This document shows, in pieces, positions 47,839 through 58,837 of a stretch of DNA of 64,000 bases (position 1 is the first letter of the stretch; every line of letters starts with the position of its first letter). A program made the position numbers and the translations under genes. This DNA comes from Candidatus Omnitrophota bacterium. GTDB lineage: Bacteria > Omnitrophota > Gorgyraeia > Zapsychrales > JBDRMG01. Below the pieces are notes generated by a model. The model was given only the letters and a program-made list of their open reading frames with translations, was not told the origin of the DNA and did no database searches. The stretch lies in the NCBI GenBank assembly GCA_043812495.1, contig JBDRMG010000016.1, forward strand, positions 66,137 through 130,136. Direction: 5' to 3'.

Positions 47839-49617
47839 TTAGTCAAAACAGCAAATCCTATTTTTGCCTTCTCGCTTGGCCTGGTAAAGCGACTGGTCTG
47901 CCTTCATGACAAAATCATGCCGATCCATTTGGCCGGCGTAGCGGGCCGCACCGATACTGATAGTAATTTTTCGTCTTAAGTTAAGACCCTCAATAGATTT
48001 CTTTACTTTTTCTGCAACTAGTTTTGCTTGCGGAATATCTGTTTCAGGTAAAATAGCCGCAAACTCATCACCCGCATAACGGCAAAGGATATCAACATTA
48101 CGCATACTTCGCTTCATCATCTGACTTGCGCGAGAAAGCAGAATATCACCTTCCGGATGGCCATACTGATCGTTATACTCTTTAAAACCATCGATATCGA
48201 TCATCAACAGACACAAAGGCCTCGGGTAACGTCTTGAGCGCTCAATCTCCTGCTGAAGCGTCTTAATAAACTGACGATGATTAAAAAGACTTGTCAGGGA
48301 ATCCGTTGTTGAGAGGAATTCCAATTCGCGATAATAATAGGCATTTTCAATCGCAATGGCGGCCTGACGGACAATGCTGCAGAGTATTTTTAAATCCACT
48401 TCTGTAAAAATAGGATCCTCTTTGCTGTCCTTATCCGACACATTGACAACACCCACAAGCTTCGCATGCAGTTTAATGGGAACGCACAAGAACGATTTGC
48501 CCTTATAACTGGATCGATTCTTCCGCGCGATCAGCAGTTCTGATTCAATATCATTGACTAATAGGGGCTCTCCTTTCTGGGCCACAATGCCAGCAATAGG
48601 ATCCCCGACTTTTATTCTTGTTTCTTTGATGATCTTTTTTTTCAAACCCTTTGCGCCCTTAATCAAAAGCTCCTGGGAATCATCATCGACAAGCATCAAA
48701 GAACACTTTTGCGCTTCCAATATTTGAGTTGCCTTTTCAATGACAAAGTCTACCAGCTGATTAAGTTCAAGAATCGAGCTGATCTTCTGGTCAATGTTTA
48801 AAACTTGTTCCATTTTCTTTCTTTCAAATTCTAAATCTTCCTGCAACACCTTGAGTCTACTTTCTATTTCTTTTCGTTCTGTAATATCCTGAAATATTTC
48901 AAGAACGGCATTTTTGCCCTCATAAAGCATGCCGGTGTGTGTAACGAGAAATGTCCGTCCTCCCAGGACGTCCTCCGTTTCAATGGACGCCACTTCGCCG
49001 ATTTTGATATTTTTTCTAAGCGGGCACAAGAGGCATTGGGCTTTATCGTCTTTGTAAAGATCCCAGCATCTTTTTCCAATGGCCTTTTTTCCGTAAATCT
49101 TCTTTAATTTCTCACACAAGAAAAGAATTTTACCCTCTTGGTCAACAATTTCCATGCCGAAAGGAATCGTATTGATCAGGGTCTGGTTAAACTCGCTAAT
49201 GCGCCGAATGGCTTCTTCGGCTTGTTTTTGTTGGGTGATGTCGCGGATAACTCCTTCTGTTCCGATGATGCGGCCGGTTATATTTTTAACAAGATTACTG
49301 GTGACGGAGAGAATGATTTCGCGGCCATCTTTTCTTTTGTTGACAACTTCATAATCTTTAACAAATCCTTTCTTCATAATTTCCCCTAAGAATAACTCGC
49401 GGTCATTGGGATTGCTATAGAGTTCTTGAGCAAGATTCAAGCCAAGAACCTCTTTCTTGCTTTTATAACCCATAATTTCCACGTAGGCCTGATTGATAAA
49501 AATAAGATTGCCCAAGACATCGGCCATATAAACGCCGCTTTTTAAGGATTCAAGAAGGTTCTGAAAGGGTCTTTCTGCTTCTCTTTGAATTTTCTGAGGT
49601 TTTCTGGATTCGATCAT
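47839..49617 (-). CDS. PAS-PAS-GAF diguanylate cyclase
   Basis: DSLT, DIDGFK.YND.YGH..GD, RNVD I-site, RYAGDEF. Confidence 0.9.
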   Translation of the reverse strand: MIESRKPQKIQREAERPFQNLLESLKSGVYMADVLGNLIFINQAYVEIMGYKSKKEVLGLNLAQELYSNPNDRELFLGEIMKKGFVKDYEVVNKRKDGREIILSVTSNLVKNITGRIIGTEGVIRDITQQKQAEEAIRRISEFNQTLINTIPFGMEIVDQEGKILFLCEKLKKIYGKKAIGKRCWDLYKDDKAQCLLCPLRKNIKIGEVASIETEDVLGGRTFLVTHTGMLYEGKNAVLEIFQDITERKEIESRLKVLQEDLEFERKKMEQVLNIDQKISSILELNQLVDFVIEKATQILEAQKCSLMLVDDDSQELLIKGAKGLKKKIIKETRIKVGDPIAGIVAQKGEPLLVNDIESELLIARKNRSSYKGKSFLCVPIKLHAKLVGVVNVSDKDSKEDPIFTEVDLKILCSIVRQAAIAIENAYYYRELEFLSTTDSLTSLFNHRQFIKTLQQEIERSRRYPRPLCLLMIDIDGFKEYNDQYGHPEGDILLSRASQMMKRSMRNVDILCRYAGDEFAAILPETDIPQAKLVAEKVKKSIEGLNLRRKITISIGAARYAGQMDRHDFVMKADQSLYQAKREGKNRICCFD

Positions 49618-49815
49618 TTTCTGACCTTAGTAAAAGGTGAATTTTCAACCCTCCCGTAGGGTAAAATTTATTCTACTCCTAAAAAGATTTTAAGACAAGG
49701 CTCGAATTGGAGGGTGTTCTTAGAGAAAATGGGAGAAAACGCCGGAGAAATTCCAAGGATGGTACGCTTGGGCGAAATGCTCAATGAATCGCTTCAAATG
49801 ATCAAAAGAATGGCT

Positions 49816-52800
49816 CTATGATGACTTCGGCTGATCCTTTGCTTGAGCGTTGGGATCAATCGATCCGGCAGCCATAGCCTCATAGATCTTCCATTTCTCA
49901 TTGACATCTTTCTGAGCCAGCTCAAGAAGGCGTTTGGCTTCTTCGGGTTTGCTCTGGGTGAGCATCTTGAAGCGCGTTTCTTTATACGCGTATTCCTCAA
50001 AAGAAATCTTCGGCTTCTGTGAATCCAGAATAAACGGATTTTTACCCTGCTTGGCCAAATCAGGATTATAACGAAACAGGGGCCAGTAACCGCTCGCTAC
50101 AGCTGCTTTCTGTTCGTCGGTCGCTGTGCGCATATTAATCCCGTGGGCAATACAATGGCTGTAGGCAATGATCAGGGAAGGTCCGTTATAGCTTTCCGCT
50201 TCAAGAATGGTCTTGAGGGCATGGCTATCATTGGCGCCCAAGGCAATTTGCCCCACATAAACGGCTCCGTAAGTCATGATCATGCGAGCCAAATCTTTTT
50301 TGGCTAAAGGTTTTCCGCTGGCCGCGAACTTTGCAACGGCCCCACGCGGTGTAGCTTTTGACGCCTGTCCGCCCGTATTGGAATAAACTTCCGTATCCAA
50401 AACCAAAACATTGACGTTTCGGCCGGAGGCCAGAACGTGGTCAAGCCCTCCGTAACCGATATCGTAGGCCCAGCCGTCCCCACCGATAATCCAAACACTT
50501 TTCTTCACCAGCATATCGGCGAGGCTCAAAAGCTGCTTGGCTTCAGGCGATCTATCCTTTTCCAATTTCTTTTTGAGTTCTTCAACGCATTTTCTTTGTT
50601 CGAAAATAGCGGGTTCGTCTTTTTGATCTGCGCTCACAAGAGCCTTGGCAAGATCTTTGCCGATTTTTGAAGACAGCTTCTTGACGAGTTCGCAGGCGTA
50701 TTCGGCTTGTTTATCAATCGTTAAGCGGAAACCAAAGCCAAATTCCGCGTTATCCTCAAAAAGTGAGTTGGACCAGGCCGGTCCCCGGCCTTCACTGTTC
50801 ACGGCATAGGGAGTGGTCGGCAAGTTACCACCATAAATGGAAGAACAACCTGTGGCATTAGCAATTACCATACGGTCGCCGAATAACTGAGTCACCATTT
50901 TAATATACGGAGTTTCCCCGCATCCGGCGCAAGCGCCTGAGAATTCAAAAAGCGGCCTTAGCGCCTCAGCTTCTCTTAAAACGTCGGGTTTAATTAATGT
51001 TCGATCCAAATCAGGAATCGACAGGAAAAATTCCCAATTTTTGGATTCTTGTTCGCGCAAAGAAATCTGCGGATGCATATTGATCGCTTTTTTTGACGCA
51101 TCCGTCTTACTTTTCGCAGGACAAATATGAACACAAGCCCCGCATCCCGTGCAATCCTCAGGAGCGACCTGAATCGTCGCTTTCTTACCCTGCCAGGCTT
51201 TATTCTTAGGATCCGCTGACTTAAATGTCTTGGGTGCTTTGTCCAAAAACTTCGGATCATAAATTTTCATGCGGATAACCGCATGAGGGCAGACCGCATT
51301 GCATTTTCCGCACTGAATACAAATGTCCGGTTCCCAGACGGGAATCTCAAGGGCAACATTTCTTTTTTCCCATTGTGTTGTGGCGGTAGGATAGGTTCCG
51401 TCTTCGGGCATGGCGCTCACGGGAAGCTCATCGCCTTTATTGGCAATGATTTTGGCTGTCACCTGCTGAACAAAATCAGATGCTTCTTTGGAAACGACAG
51501 GCGGTCTTTGAATGCAACTTGTGACTTTTTCGGGAACCTGGACCTCATGTAAATTGGCTAATGTCTGATCAACGGCATTATAGTTCTTCTGGACAATTTC
51601 ATCACCCTTGCTGCCATACGTTTTCTTGATAGAATTCTTGATCGCCTGGATGGCTTCGTCCTTAGGCAAAACTCCCGAAATCACAAAGAAACAGGTCTGC
51701 ATGATCGTATTAATCCGCACCCCCATCCCTGTATCTTGGGCTACCTTGTACGCATCGATAACATAAAATCTTAATTTCTTCTTAATAATCGCCTCTTGGA
51801 TATCGCAAGGGACCTTGTCCCAAACTTCGTCTTTAGAAAAAGGACTGTTGAGAAGAAAAACGCCCTTTTCTTTAATCTTTTCTAAAACATTATATTTTTC
51901 AAGGAAGACAAACTGATGACAACCGACAAAATTGGCCTCGGTCACCAGATACGTCGAATGAATGGGATGAGGTCCAAAACGCAAGTGAGACACCGTGACA
52001 GAACCGGCCTTCTTGGAATCATAGACAAAATACCCTTGCGCAAAGTTTCCTGTCCCCTCACCAATAATCTTAATAGAGTTTTTATTGGCACCGACCGTCC
52101 CATCAGAACCTAATCCAAAAAAGATGGCTTGCACGCCCTGAGGATCTTCTGTCGTAAAGCTGGGATCATAGGCAAGACTTGTCTGGGTCACATCGTCATT
52201 GATGCCGACCGTAAAATGGTTTTTGGGTTTTTCTTTCTTGAGCTCATCAAAAACGCCTTTGATCATGGCCGGCGTAAATTCTTTGGAGGATAGACCATAG
52301 CGCCCTCCGACAACAACGGGAACTTTTTTAAATCGTTGACTGGCTTCTCCTTCATAAAGAGCATCCACGACATCAAGATAAAGGGGTTCACCTGAGCTGC
52401 CTGGTTCTTTCGTGCGATCCAAAACACCGATCATCTTAACGGTCGACGGTAAAGCATCCATAAAATGCGTGATAGAAAACGGACGATAAAGCCGGACTTT
52501 CAGGACGCCAACTTTCTCGCCTTTTTTGATGAGGTGATCGACGGTTTCCTGACAAGCTTCGGCACCGGATGCCATAATCACGATAACGCACTCAGCGTCT
52601 TTTGATCCATAATACTCAAACAATTTATATTGGCGTCCGACCTGTTTCGCAAACTGATCCATGACCTTCTGGACGATGGCAGGGCAGGCTTCATAATATT
52701 TATTGACTGTTTCGCGCGCTTGAAAGAAAACATCAGGATTTTGCGCTGTTCCGCGTAAAACCGGATGATCCGAAGACAAGGCCCGCTTGCGATGAGCAAA

Positions 52801-53400
52801 AACAAGATTGTCATCAATCATGATCCGGATATCTTCATCGGATAATTGCTCTATCTTTTGTACTTCATGGGAAGAGCGGAAACCATCAAAGAAATGCAAA
52901 AAAGGAATGCGCGACTCTAAGGTCACGGCATGAGCGATGAGCGCGAAATCCATCACTTCTTGAATCGAGGCTGAGGCCAAAAACCCAAAACCTGTCTGGC
53001 GCGCGGCCATCACATCCGTATGGTCACCAAAGATGGACAAAGCCTGACAAGCCACAGATCGGGCGGACACATGAAAAACAGTGGATGTCAATTCACCGGC
53101 GATTTTATACATATTGGGGATCATCAGAAGAAGACCCTGGGAAGCAGTGAAGGTTGTCGTAAGCGCCCCTGTTTGGGCAGCCCCGTGGATTGCTCCCGAA
53201 GCACCCCCTTCGCTTTGCATCTCTTGGACAAAAGGTACTGTGCCCCAAAGATTGGTTCGACCTTGCGCTGACCATGCATCGGCCCACTCCCCCATGGAAG
53301 AAGAAGGAGTGATAGGGTAAATCGCGATGACTTCGCTGACCTTATGCGCTACATAGGCCGCTGCTTCATTGCCATCGATGGTAACTTTTTTTCTTTCCAT
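49816..53400 (-). CDS. nifJ: Pyruvate:ferredoxin/flavodoxin oxidoreductase
   Basis: YPITPSS, two CxxCxxCxxxCP motifs, GACAGCGE, GGDGWAYDIG. Confidence 0.97.
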   Translation of the reverse strand: MERKKVTIDGNEAAAYVAHKVSEVIAIYPITPSSSMGEWADAWSAQGRTNLWGTVPFVQEMQSEGGASGAIHGAAQTGALTTTFTASQGLLLMIPNMYKIAGELTSTVFHVSARSVACQALSIFGDHTDVMAARQTGFGFLASASIQEVMDFALIAHAVTLESRIPFLHFFDGFRSSHEVQKIEQLSDEDIRIMIDDNLVFAHRKRALSSDHPVLRGTAQNPDVFFQARETVNKYYEACPAIVQKVMDQFAKQVGRQYKLFEYYGSKDAECVIVIMASGAEACQETVDHLIKKGEKVGVLKVRLYRPFSITHFMDALPSTVKMIGVLDRTKEPGSSGEPLYLDVVDALYEGEASQRFKKVPVVVGGRYGLSSKEFTPAMIKGVFDELKKEKPKNHFTVGINDDVTQTSLAYDPSFTTEDPQGVQAIFFGLGSDGTVGANKNSIKIIGEGTGNFAQGYFVYDSKKAGSVTVSHLRFGPHPIHSTYLVTEANFVGCHQFVFLEKYNVLEKIKEKGVFLLNSPFSKDEVWDKVPCDIQEAIIKKKLRFYVIDAYKVAQDTGMGVRINTIMQTCFFVISGVLPKDEAIQAIKNSIKKTYGSKGDEIVQKNYNAVDQTLANLHEVQVPEKVTSCIQRPPVVSKEASDFVQQVTAKIIANKGDELPVSAMPEDGTYPTATTQWEKRNVALEIPVWEPDICIQCGKCNAVCPHAVIRMKIYDPKFLDKAPKTFKSADPKNKAWQGKKATIQVAPEDCTGCGACVHICPAKSKTDASKKAINMHPQISLREQESKNWEFFLSIPDLDRTLIKPDVLREAEALRPLFEFSGACAGCGETPYIKMVTQLFGDRMVIANATGCSSIYGGNLPTTPYAVNSEGRGPAWSNSLFEDNAEFGFGFRLTIDKQAEYACELVKKLSSKIGKDLAKALVSADQKDEPAIFEQRKCVEELKKKLEKDRSPEAKQLLSLADMLVKKSVWIIGGDGWAYDIGYGGLDHVLASGRNVNVLVLDTEVYSNTGGQASKATPRGAVAKFAASGKPLAKKDLARMIMTYGAVYVGQIALGANDSHALKTILEAESYNGPSLIIAYSHCIAHGINMRTATDEQKAAVASGYWPLFRYNPDLAKQGKNPFILDSQKPKISFEEYAYKETRFKMLTQSKPEEAKRLLELAQKDVNEKWKIYEAMAAGSIDPNAQAKDQPKSS

Positions 53401-53516
53401 TTCAGACCTTTCTTTGGTTATTGAATCCTGGTCATTTTGAGTCAAAGAGTTTTTTCTATAAACGAACGAAGGAACAATTCAATGATGAATTTTGAATCGA
53501 TGGGGCGGGAGAAATT

Positions 53517-53717
53517 CTATTTAATCCGGGACACAATGTAATCTTCTTCTTCCTTAACCTGAACATAACCTTCACGGGCAAGCCAGCCGATACTCATGAG
53601 AATCATTTCTGGAGGATGATTGACAAACTCACTGAACTCCTTGAGGCGTATCGATCTGTTCTGCTTCTCAAGGACCATCAGGATTTCACCGGAAACGATG
53701 CCTATCCTGGTTATCAT
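53517..53717 (-). CDS. Small winged-helix protein (DUF2582-like)
   Basis: IG..SGEI...L and MSIGWLAREG; GGAGG SD. Confidence 0.75.
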   Translation of the reverse strand: MITRIGIVSGEILMVLEKQNRSIRLKEFSEFVNHPPEMILMSIGWLAREGYVQVKEEEDYIVSRIK

Positions 53718-53891
53718 ATGAACCTCCTCTTCGGACTACCGCCTTTAATATAAAATAAAAAAATAATGATAGCGCTTCAATGCGTGAGGAAATCAATTAA
53801 TTATATCACTCTTTATCTTCTTGATAAAGTATTAAAACCAACTTCATTCTTACTTCATTCTTACTTAAGGAATTCTATCAATGAGCAAAAC

Positions 53892-53940
53892 AATATCCCT
53901 GCCGAATCTTTGACAGATGTGCCTGCCGGACAGGGATATT
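53892..53940 (-). terminator. Probable terminator after nrdJ
   Basis: AATATCCCTG/CAGGGATATT stem. Confidence 0.55.
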
Positions 53941-53958
53941 TGTTTATTCAGGTTGAAC

Positions 53959-56247
53959 TTAGCACTTTGAATACCCGCAACCGTAGCATTTCAGACACCC
54001 TTCCTCATGATGCAAGGGGCTACGGCAATCAGGGCAGACACCGACCATATTCCCGCGCGGCCTAAAGGATGCTTCTTCTTTGCCTTCGGCAACACCGGCT
54101 GCAACCGTTACGGCGACCGGCGCATGCTGGATAATAGGTCTTTCTTTGACTCTTTTTTCCAAAACCCGCGAAATCGCATCGGCGCAGGAAAATATCCTTG
54201 CTCCTTTATCCCAGGATGGAATGGGGCAACGGATTCCGCGCAATTGCTTTAAGATCACGCTGGGATCAACGCCAGAGCGCAACGCCAAAGAAACCAATCG
54301 ACCAATGGCCTCCAACTGGCTTGAGGCGCAACCGCCGGTCTTTCCGATCTGCGTAAAAACCTCAAAAGGATTTCCGTCCTCATCGTTATTGATAATAATG
54401 TAGAGATTGCCGCATCCGGTTAAAATCTTTGATGTGGTTCCTGTCATCACCTCGGGTCTTGGGCGAGGCGCACGAACCGCGTCAGCCGTATCGATCGCGT
54501 TCTCTTCATTTTTCTTTTCCTTCTTAGAAATGTTGAGAACTTGTTCTTCGCGGCTTCCGTCACGATAAACCGTAATGCCTTTGCAGCCAAGCTCATACGC
54601 GAGCTTATAGGCCTTGCGCACATCTTCTTCTGTCGCCGCATGAGGAAAATTAATGGTCTTGGAAACGGCATTGTCGGTGAATTTTTGGAAAGCGGCCTGC
54701 ATGCGGATATGCCATTCGGGTTCGATATCATGGGACGTCACAAAGGCTTTTTTTACATCTTCCGGAATTTCGGCGATATTTTGAATCGAACCTTCCTCGG
54801 CAATCCGCTGCATAAGCTGAGGTGAATAAAAACCCTTTTCCTTAGCCACGTCTTCAAAAACTTTGTCGATTTCCACCAGCTTGGTCTTATCCATCACATT
54901 GCGATAATAGCAAATGGCAAAAATCGGTTCAATGCCCGATGAACATGGACCGGCGATGATGCTGATCGTGCCCGTCGGGGCGATGGTGGTTAACGTGGCA
55001 TTACGAAAACGTGTTTTCTTTCCGCCCTGCCCATAGATACTTTTCTTGAAAGCCGGAAACACTTCTTTTTCTTTGCCCAGCTCAAGTGATTTGATCCGTG
55101 CCTCCGTTAGAATAAAGGACATCACGCGTTCGGCTAATTCGATGGCCTGTTCTGAATTATAAGGAATACCCAAGCGTGCTAACAAGGAAGCCCATCCCAT
55201 AACTCCGAGACCAATTTTACGGGTCATTTTTGTATTTTGCTCAATTTCTTTAATAGGATGTTTATTGGCATCGATCACATTATCCAAGAAATGAACGGAT
55301 TTGCCGACAACATCCTGCAGTCTATCCCAGTCAATATCCAGGCCTGTTTCCGTCTTCTTGATCATGTGGAGAAGATTAATGGAACCCAGATTACAGCTTT
55401 CGTACGGCAGAAGGACCTGCTCGCCGCAAGGGTTGGTGGCCTCATAGGCTCCGAGTTCAGGCGTTGGATTAAATTCATTCATTTTATCGATAAAGATCAG
55501 GCCGGGCTCTCCGTTTTTGTGAGCGCTTTTGATGATAAGATCGAAAACCTCCCGGCTATTTAATGTTCTGATCACTTTTTTGGTGTGCGGGGACACCAAC
55601 TCATAGTCCTCGTTGTTTTCTAAGGCCCTCCAAAATTCATCCGTAATAGCGACCGAAATATTAAAATTGCTGATCTCTTTATCTTTTTGTTTGCAGGTAA
55701 TAAATTCCTTAATGTCGGGATGATCGATGCTCAAGATTCCCATATTGGCCCCTCGGCGCGTGCCCCCTTGCTTAACCGCCTGGGTTGCCCCGTCGAATAC
55801 CTTCATAAATGAAATGGGGCCTGAGGCAACACCGCCGGTCGCCTGGACAATACTATTTTTCTCGCGTAGGCGAGAAAAAGAAAATCCCGTGCCTCCGCCT
55901 GTTTTGTGGATAATGGCGGTGGCTTTGAGAGTTTCAAAAATGGAAGTCATGGAATCCTCGATGGGAAGAACAAAACAAGCGCTTAATTGACCCAAGGGGC
56001 GGCCGGCATTCATGAGGGTTGGGGAGTTGGGGATGAAATCCAGACGGCTCATGATTTGGTAAAAGTCTTTTTCTGTCTGTCGCACGGCCTTTTCATCTAG
56101 CCCATAGGCTTTATCAACTTGCGCAATTGCGTGCGCGACACGCTGAAGCATCTCTTCCGGGGACTCGACCACTTTGCCTTCGCTGTCTTTTTTAAGATAT
56201 CGCTTTTCCAAAACTTTGAATGCATTCTCAGAAATCTTAAGACCCAT
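53959..56247 (-). CDS. nrdJ: Class II (B12-dependent) ribonucleotide reductase with TSCPD domain
   Basis: PNSPTLMNAG, SACF, TNPCGE, IAPTGT, GITVYRDGSR; C-terminal CPDC..C..CGYSKC. Confidence 0.95.
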   Translation of the reverse strand: MGLKISENAFKVLEKRYLKKDSEGKVVESPEEMLQRVAHAIAQVDKAYGLDEKAVRQTEKDFYQIMSRLDFIPNSPTLMNAGRPLGQLSACFVLPIEDSMTSIFETLKATAIIHKTGGGTGFSFSRLREKNSIVQATGGVASGPISFMKVFDGATQAVKQGGTRRGANMGILSIDHPDIKEFITCKQKDKEISNFNISVAITDEFWRALENNEDYELVSPHTKKVIRTLNSREVFDLIIKSAHKNGEPGLIFIDKMNEFNPTPELGAYEATNPCGEQVLLPYESCNLGSINLLHMIKKTETGLDIDWDRLQDVVGKSVHFLDNVIDANKHPIKEIEQNTKMTRKIGLGVMGWASLLARLGIPYNSEQAIELAERVMSFILTEARIKSLELGKEKEVFPAFKKSIYGQGGKKTRFRNATLTTIAPTGTISIIAGPCSSGIEPIFAICYYRNVMDKTKLVEIDKVFEDVAKEKGFYSPQLMQRIAEEGSIQNIAEIPEDVKKAFVTSHDIEPEWHIRMQAAFQKFTDNAVSKTINFPHAATEEDVRKAYKLAYELGCKGITVYRDGSREEQVLNISKKEKKNEENAIDTADAVRAPRPRPEVMTGTTSKILTGCGNLYIIINNDEDGNPFEVFTQIGKTGGCASSQLEAIGRLVSLALRSGVDPSVILKQLRGIRCPIPSWDKGARIFSCADAISRVLEKRVKERPIIQHAPVAVTVAAGVAEGKEEASFRPRGNMVGVCPDCRSPLHHEEGCLKCYGCGYSKC

Positions 56248-56288
56248 AAACTTATCCTCCCTTTGTTAATATCAATTAAGCAAGGCCA

Positions 56289-56341
56289 ATTCTAGTACTA
56301 TATATAGGTCGTGTCAAGCGAAATTATACTATATATGGTGT
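56289..56341 (-). promoter_or_regulatory. nrdJ promoter with tandem NrdR boxes
   Basis: TTGACA-N17-TAGAAT; boxes ACACCATATATAGTAT (56341-56326) and GACCTATATATAGTAC (56310-56295), 31 bp apart. Confidence 0.85.
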
Positions 56342-56453
56342 AATTTTGTAATTTTTTTGTTTTCTCGACGATGTTTTTATGAAAAATTTTTAAGGAAACA
56401 CGGAAAAAAATATACCGAAGACCTCAAAAAAACTTTATCCAAAAAAAGAAATT

Positions 56454-57239
56454 TTATTCCTTCTGATAAGAACCATGACGCTTGATGGCATCCTCGACAT
56501 TTAAGGGTTCAACGTGTTTTTTGGTCTTATCATAGACCGACACAAACGGCAAATCATGAAAATATTTCTTGAGTTTATCCAATTCGTCCTTGGATAAAGG
56601 GGTCACGGCGCAGGTTCTTAAGGGGGTGTTGAGCTCAACCTCGTCGGAATTGACCTCTTTAGCCAAATCGGCCAATAATTGAGCGAACTTTTTGTTTTCT
56701 CGGACAAACATGATCTGCAAGGAAAGTTTTCCTTGAAAATTTGACTTCAATTTTTTTATTCCGTCCACAATTTTTTGAAACGACATAGAAGCAACGGGGC
56801 GATTGATGGCTTCGAGTGTTTCTTGCGAACAGCTATCCAGCTTAATGAGCACATGGTCTGCCAAAAGCAAATCCCGTCGGACGTCCTCCTGATGCATCAA
56901 AGAAGCATTGGTGATCACGGCAATTTTCTCTTTTCGGACGGTACGAAGCGCCTGAATAATTTCACCCAGGTTTTTGGCAAGCGTGGGCTCCCCGGAGCTT
57001 GTCAGTGTCAGATAATCAATTTGGAGATCTGGCAGCTGTTTGATTTCTTCGATAATCTTCTTTGTGGGGACAAATACTCTTCGCTCGTTCTGGGGATTCG
57101 TGGTCTTGCCCAGCTGACAATAGAGGCAATCAAAGTTGCAGGTCTTTCCTTTCTGGGAGATCGGGTCAATCCCCAAGGAAACGCCCAGTCGCCAGGAATA
57201 CACGGGCCCAAAGATATACTGGTAGTGCTTTTGTGTCAT
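56454..57239 (-). CDS. Radical SAM protein (COG0731-like)
   Basis: FGPV.S.RLG.SLG, CNFDCLYC, GEPT. Confidence 0.88.
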   Translation of the reverse strand: MTQKHYQYIFGPVYSWRLGVSLGIDPISQKGKTCNFDCLYCQLGKTTNPQNERRVFVPTKKIIEEIKQLPDLQIDYLTLTSSGEPTLAKNLGEIIQALRTVRKEKIAVITNASLMHQEDVRRDLLLADHVLIKLDSCSQETLEAINRPVASMSFQKIVDGIKKLKSNFQGKLSLQIMFVRENKKFAQLLADLAKEVNSDEVELNTPLRTCAVTPLSKDELDKLKKYFHDLPFVSVYDKTKKHVEPLNVEDAIKRHGSYQKE

Positions 57240-57252
57240 ATTGCTTCCATCG

Positions 57253-57438
57253 CTATTGCTTAATTCCAAATTTTCTTAAGATATTCATCATCAAGCACCA
57301 ATTGGTAAAGGCTGATTGAAAAAGATTGAAACCCACAAAGGCCGTAAACCATAACCATCGGATATCTATAAAATACGCCAAGGCCACGCTGATTAAAATA
57401 AATGTCCCTGCGATACCCCGCAATGATCTCTCAAGCAT
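57253..57438 (-). CDS. DUF2892/YgaP-like membrane protein
   Basis: FVGFNLFQSAFTNWC. Confidence 0.85.
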   Translation of the reverse strand: MLERSLRGIAGTFILISVALAYFIDIRWLWFTAFVGFNLFQSAFTNWCLMMNILRKFGIKQ

Positions 57439-57451
57439 TTTATTGCCTCCT

Positions 57452-57563
57452 TCAATGAACACATGATTTATGGAACGAAGTGTCCGCCAATTGCATTAAA
57501 GCAATTGGCGAGATCTCGTCAAAACCTTTGATTTTGACGGAACATAAATTTCTATGTGATTAG
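57452..57563. repeat. GA-capped palindromic element filling the whole intergenic gap
   Basis: TCAAT-GA-ACA..TTTATG-GA...GAA-CATAAA..TGT-GA-TTAG. Confidence 0.85.
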
Positions 57564-58837
57564 AAATTATACCGTACACGCATATAAACGTTTTTATTTT
57601 TTCGAAATCCGCCGAATTCCGTGAAATAATCCTCGCCCCACGGAAGATTGGCTCCGCATGCCACATTCCATTGGTCCGTGACTTTATAGTCAACCGATGG
57701 GCGGACATACCCGTCATGGTCACTTGGTGAATAAAACGTAAACAAGGACGCCGTCACCGTTTGATTCTTAAATAATTTGGTGATCCGATTGGTCAATAAA
57801 TGACGGAATTCGTCAAAACGATAATCGGCGGCCAAAAGATTGTTTTCATAATCATCATAATTCATTTTTTGCTCAAACAGATATTGAAATCCGATTTTCC
57901 AGTCATTTCCCAAATCTTTGGTGTAGCCTGCGAGAACTTTCAACATTGAATTTTCAACAAGACGATTTGTCCCGTCGGTATCTTCCCGAGAATATTGATA
58001 GCCGGTCTCGATATTTCCAATCCCGCCGGCAAACTGCCCGCGGACACTCGCTCCGTAAATATCCAGGCGTTCATAGAAAAGTTCGCGTTTGGCCTCATCG
58101 TGATAACTGCGGGGATTTTTATCAAAACCCCTGAAGTAATAAAAGGCCAACTCATTACCCGCAAGATTCCGGTAAATGCGCAAGGCATATTCATTATTCG
58201 ACAGTCGAAAAGAAGGTGAAATAATGCGCCGTTCGGATTCTCGTCCGGCAATGCCCTGCTCGAAACTGTCAAAGAAAGATACGCGGTCCCCTTCGGCAAT
58301 GGTGTTGGGCGTAAAGTATGGAATGACGACAAAATCGATGTTCGCGAATTTCGGATACAAAGACATTTTAACCGCATCAGAGGGTTTTTTCAAATACTCA
58401 TCTTCGCGTCCGATGTAAAAGGAAACATAATCTTTCGGAAACATATCATTAATAAAAAGATAATCTCCCGTTCCCCATGTCAGGACTTGGCGACCGAGTT
58501 TTACATCCATAAAATCAAAGGGTGTCCATGAGAGGTTGGCTTCGCGGAGTTCAAAATCCGTGCTGGCATTGTTGTATTCATCGACGATGGAATCCCCTTT
58601 AACATTGAAGATTCCGCCTTTTTGGGCAAAATAATTCTCCCCTTCAAAGAAATATTGGTACTTCAGCTGCAGCCTTTGTTCCAGATAATTAAAGTTATCT
58701 CTCTTGGTGGTATCATCACTAACTTTCACGCCATAACCCAATTCCGCAAAACCGTGGATATCCGGAAATTCAGCCAAAGCACAAGTCGGCAAAGCCAAGA
58801 AGATGAAAATGCTCGCAAGAGCAGCAGTTCGATTCAT
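57560..58837 (-). CDS. Probable outer-membrane beta-barrel protein
   Basis: Signal peptide, LREA, GRQVLTWG, C-terminal VRYNF. Confidence 0.72.
   Translation of the reverse strand: MNRTAALASIFIFLALPTCALAEFPDIHGFAELGYGVKVSDDTTKRDNFNYLEQRLQLKYQYFFEGENYFAQKGGIFNVKGDSIVDEYNNASTDFELREANLSWTPFDFMDVKLGRQVLTWGTGDYLFINDMFPKDYVSFYIGREDEYLKKPSDAVKMSLYPKFANIDFVVIPYFTPNTIAEGDRVSFFDSFEQGIAGRESERRIISPSFRLSNNEYALRIYRNLAGNELAFYYFRGFDKNPRSYHDEAKRELFYERLDIYGASVRGQFAGGIGNIETGYQYSREDTDGTNRLVENSMLKVLAGYTKDLGNDWKIGFQYLFEQKMNYDDYENNLLAADYRFDEFRHLLTNRITKLFKNQTVTASLFTFYSPSDHDGYVRPSVDYKVTDQWNVACGANLPWGEDYFTEFGGFRKNKNVYMRVRYNF

Noticed and set aside
56248-56453. Cobalamin riboswitch before nrdJ
   Set aside because: The leader is short and AT-rich, and is explained by the promoter and NrdR boxes.
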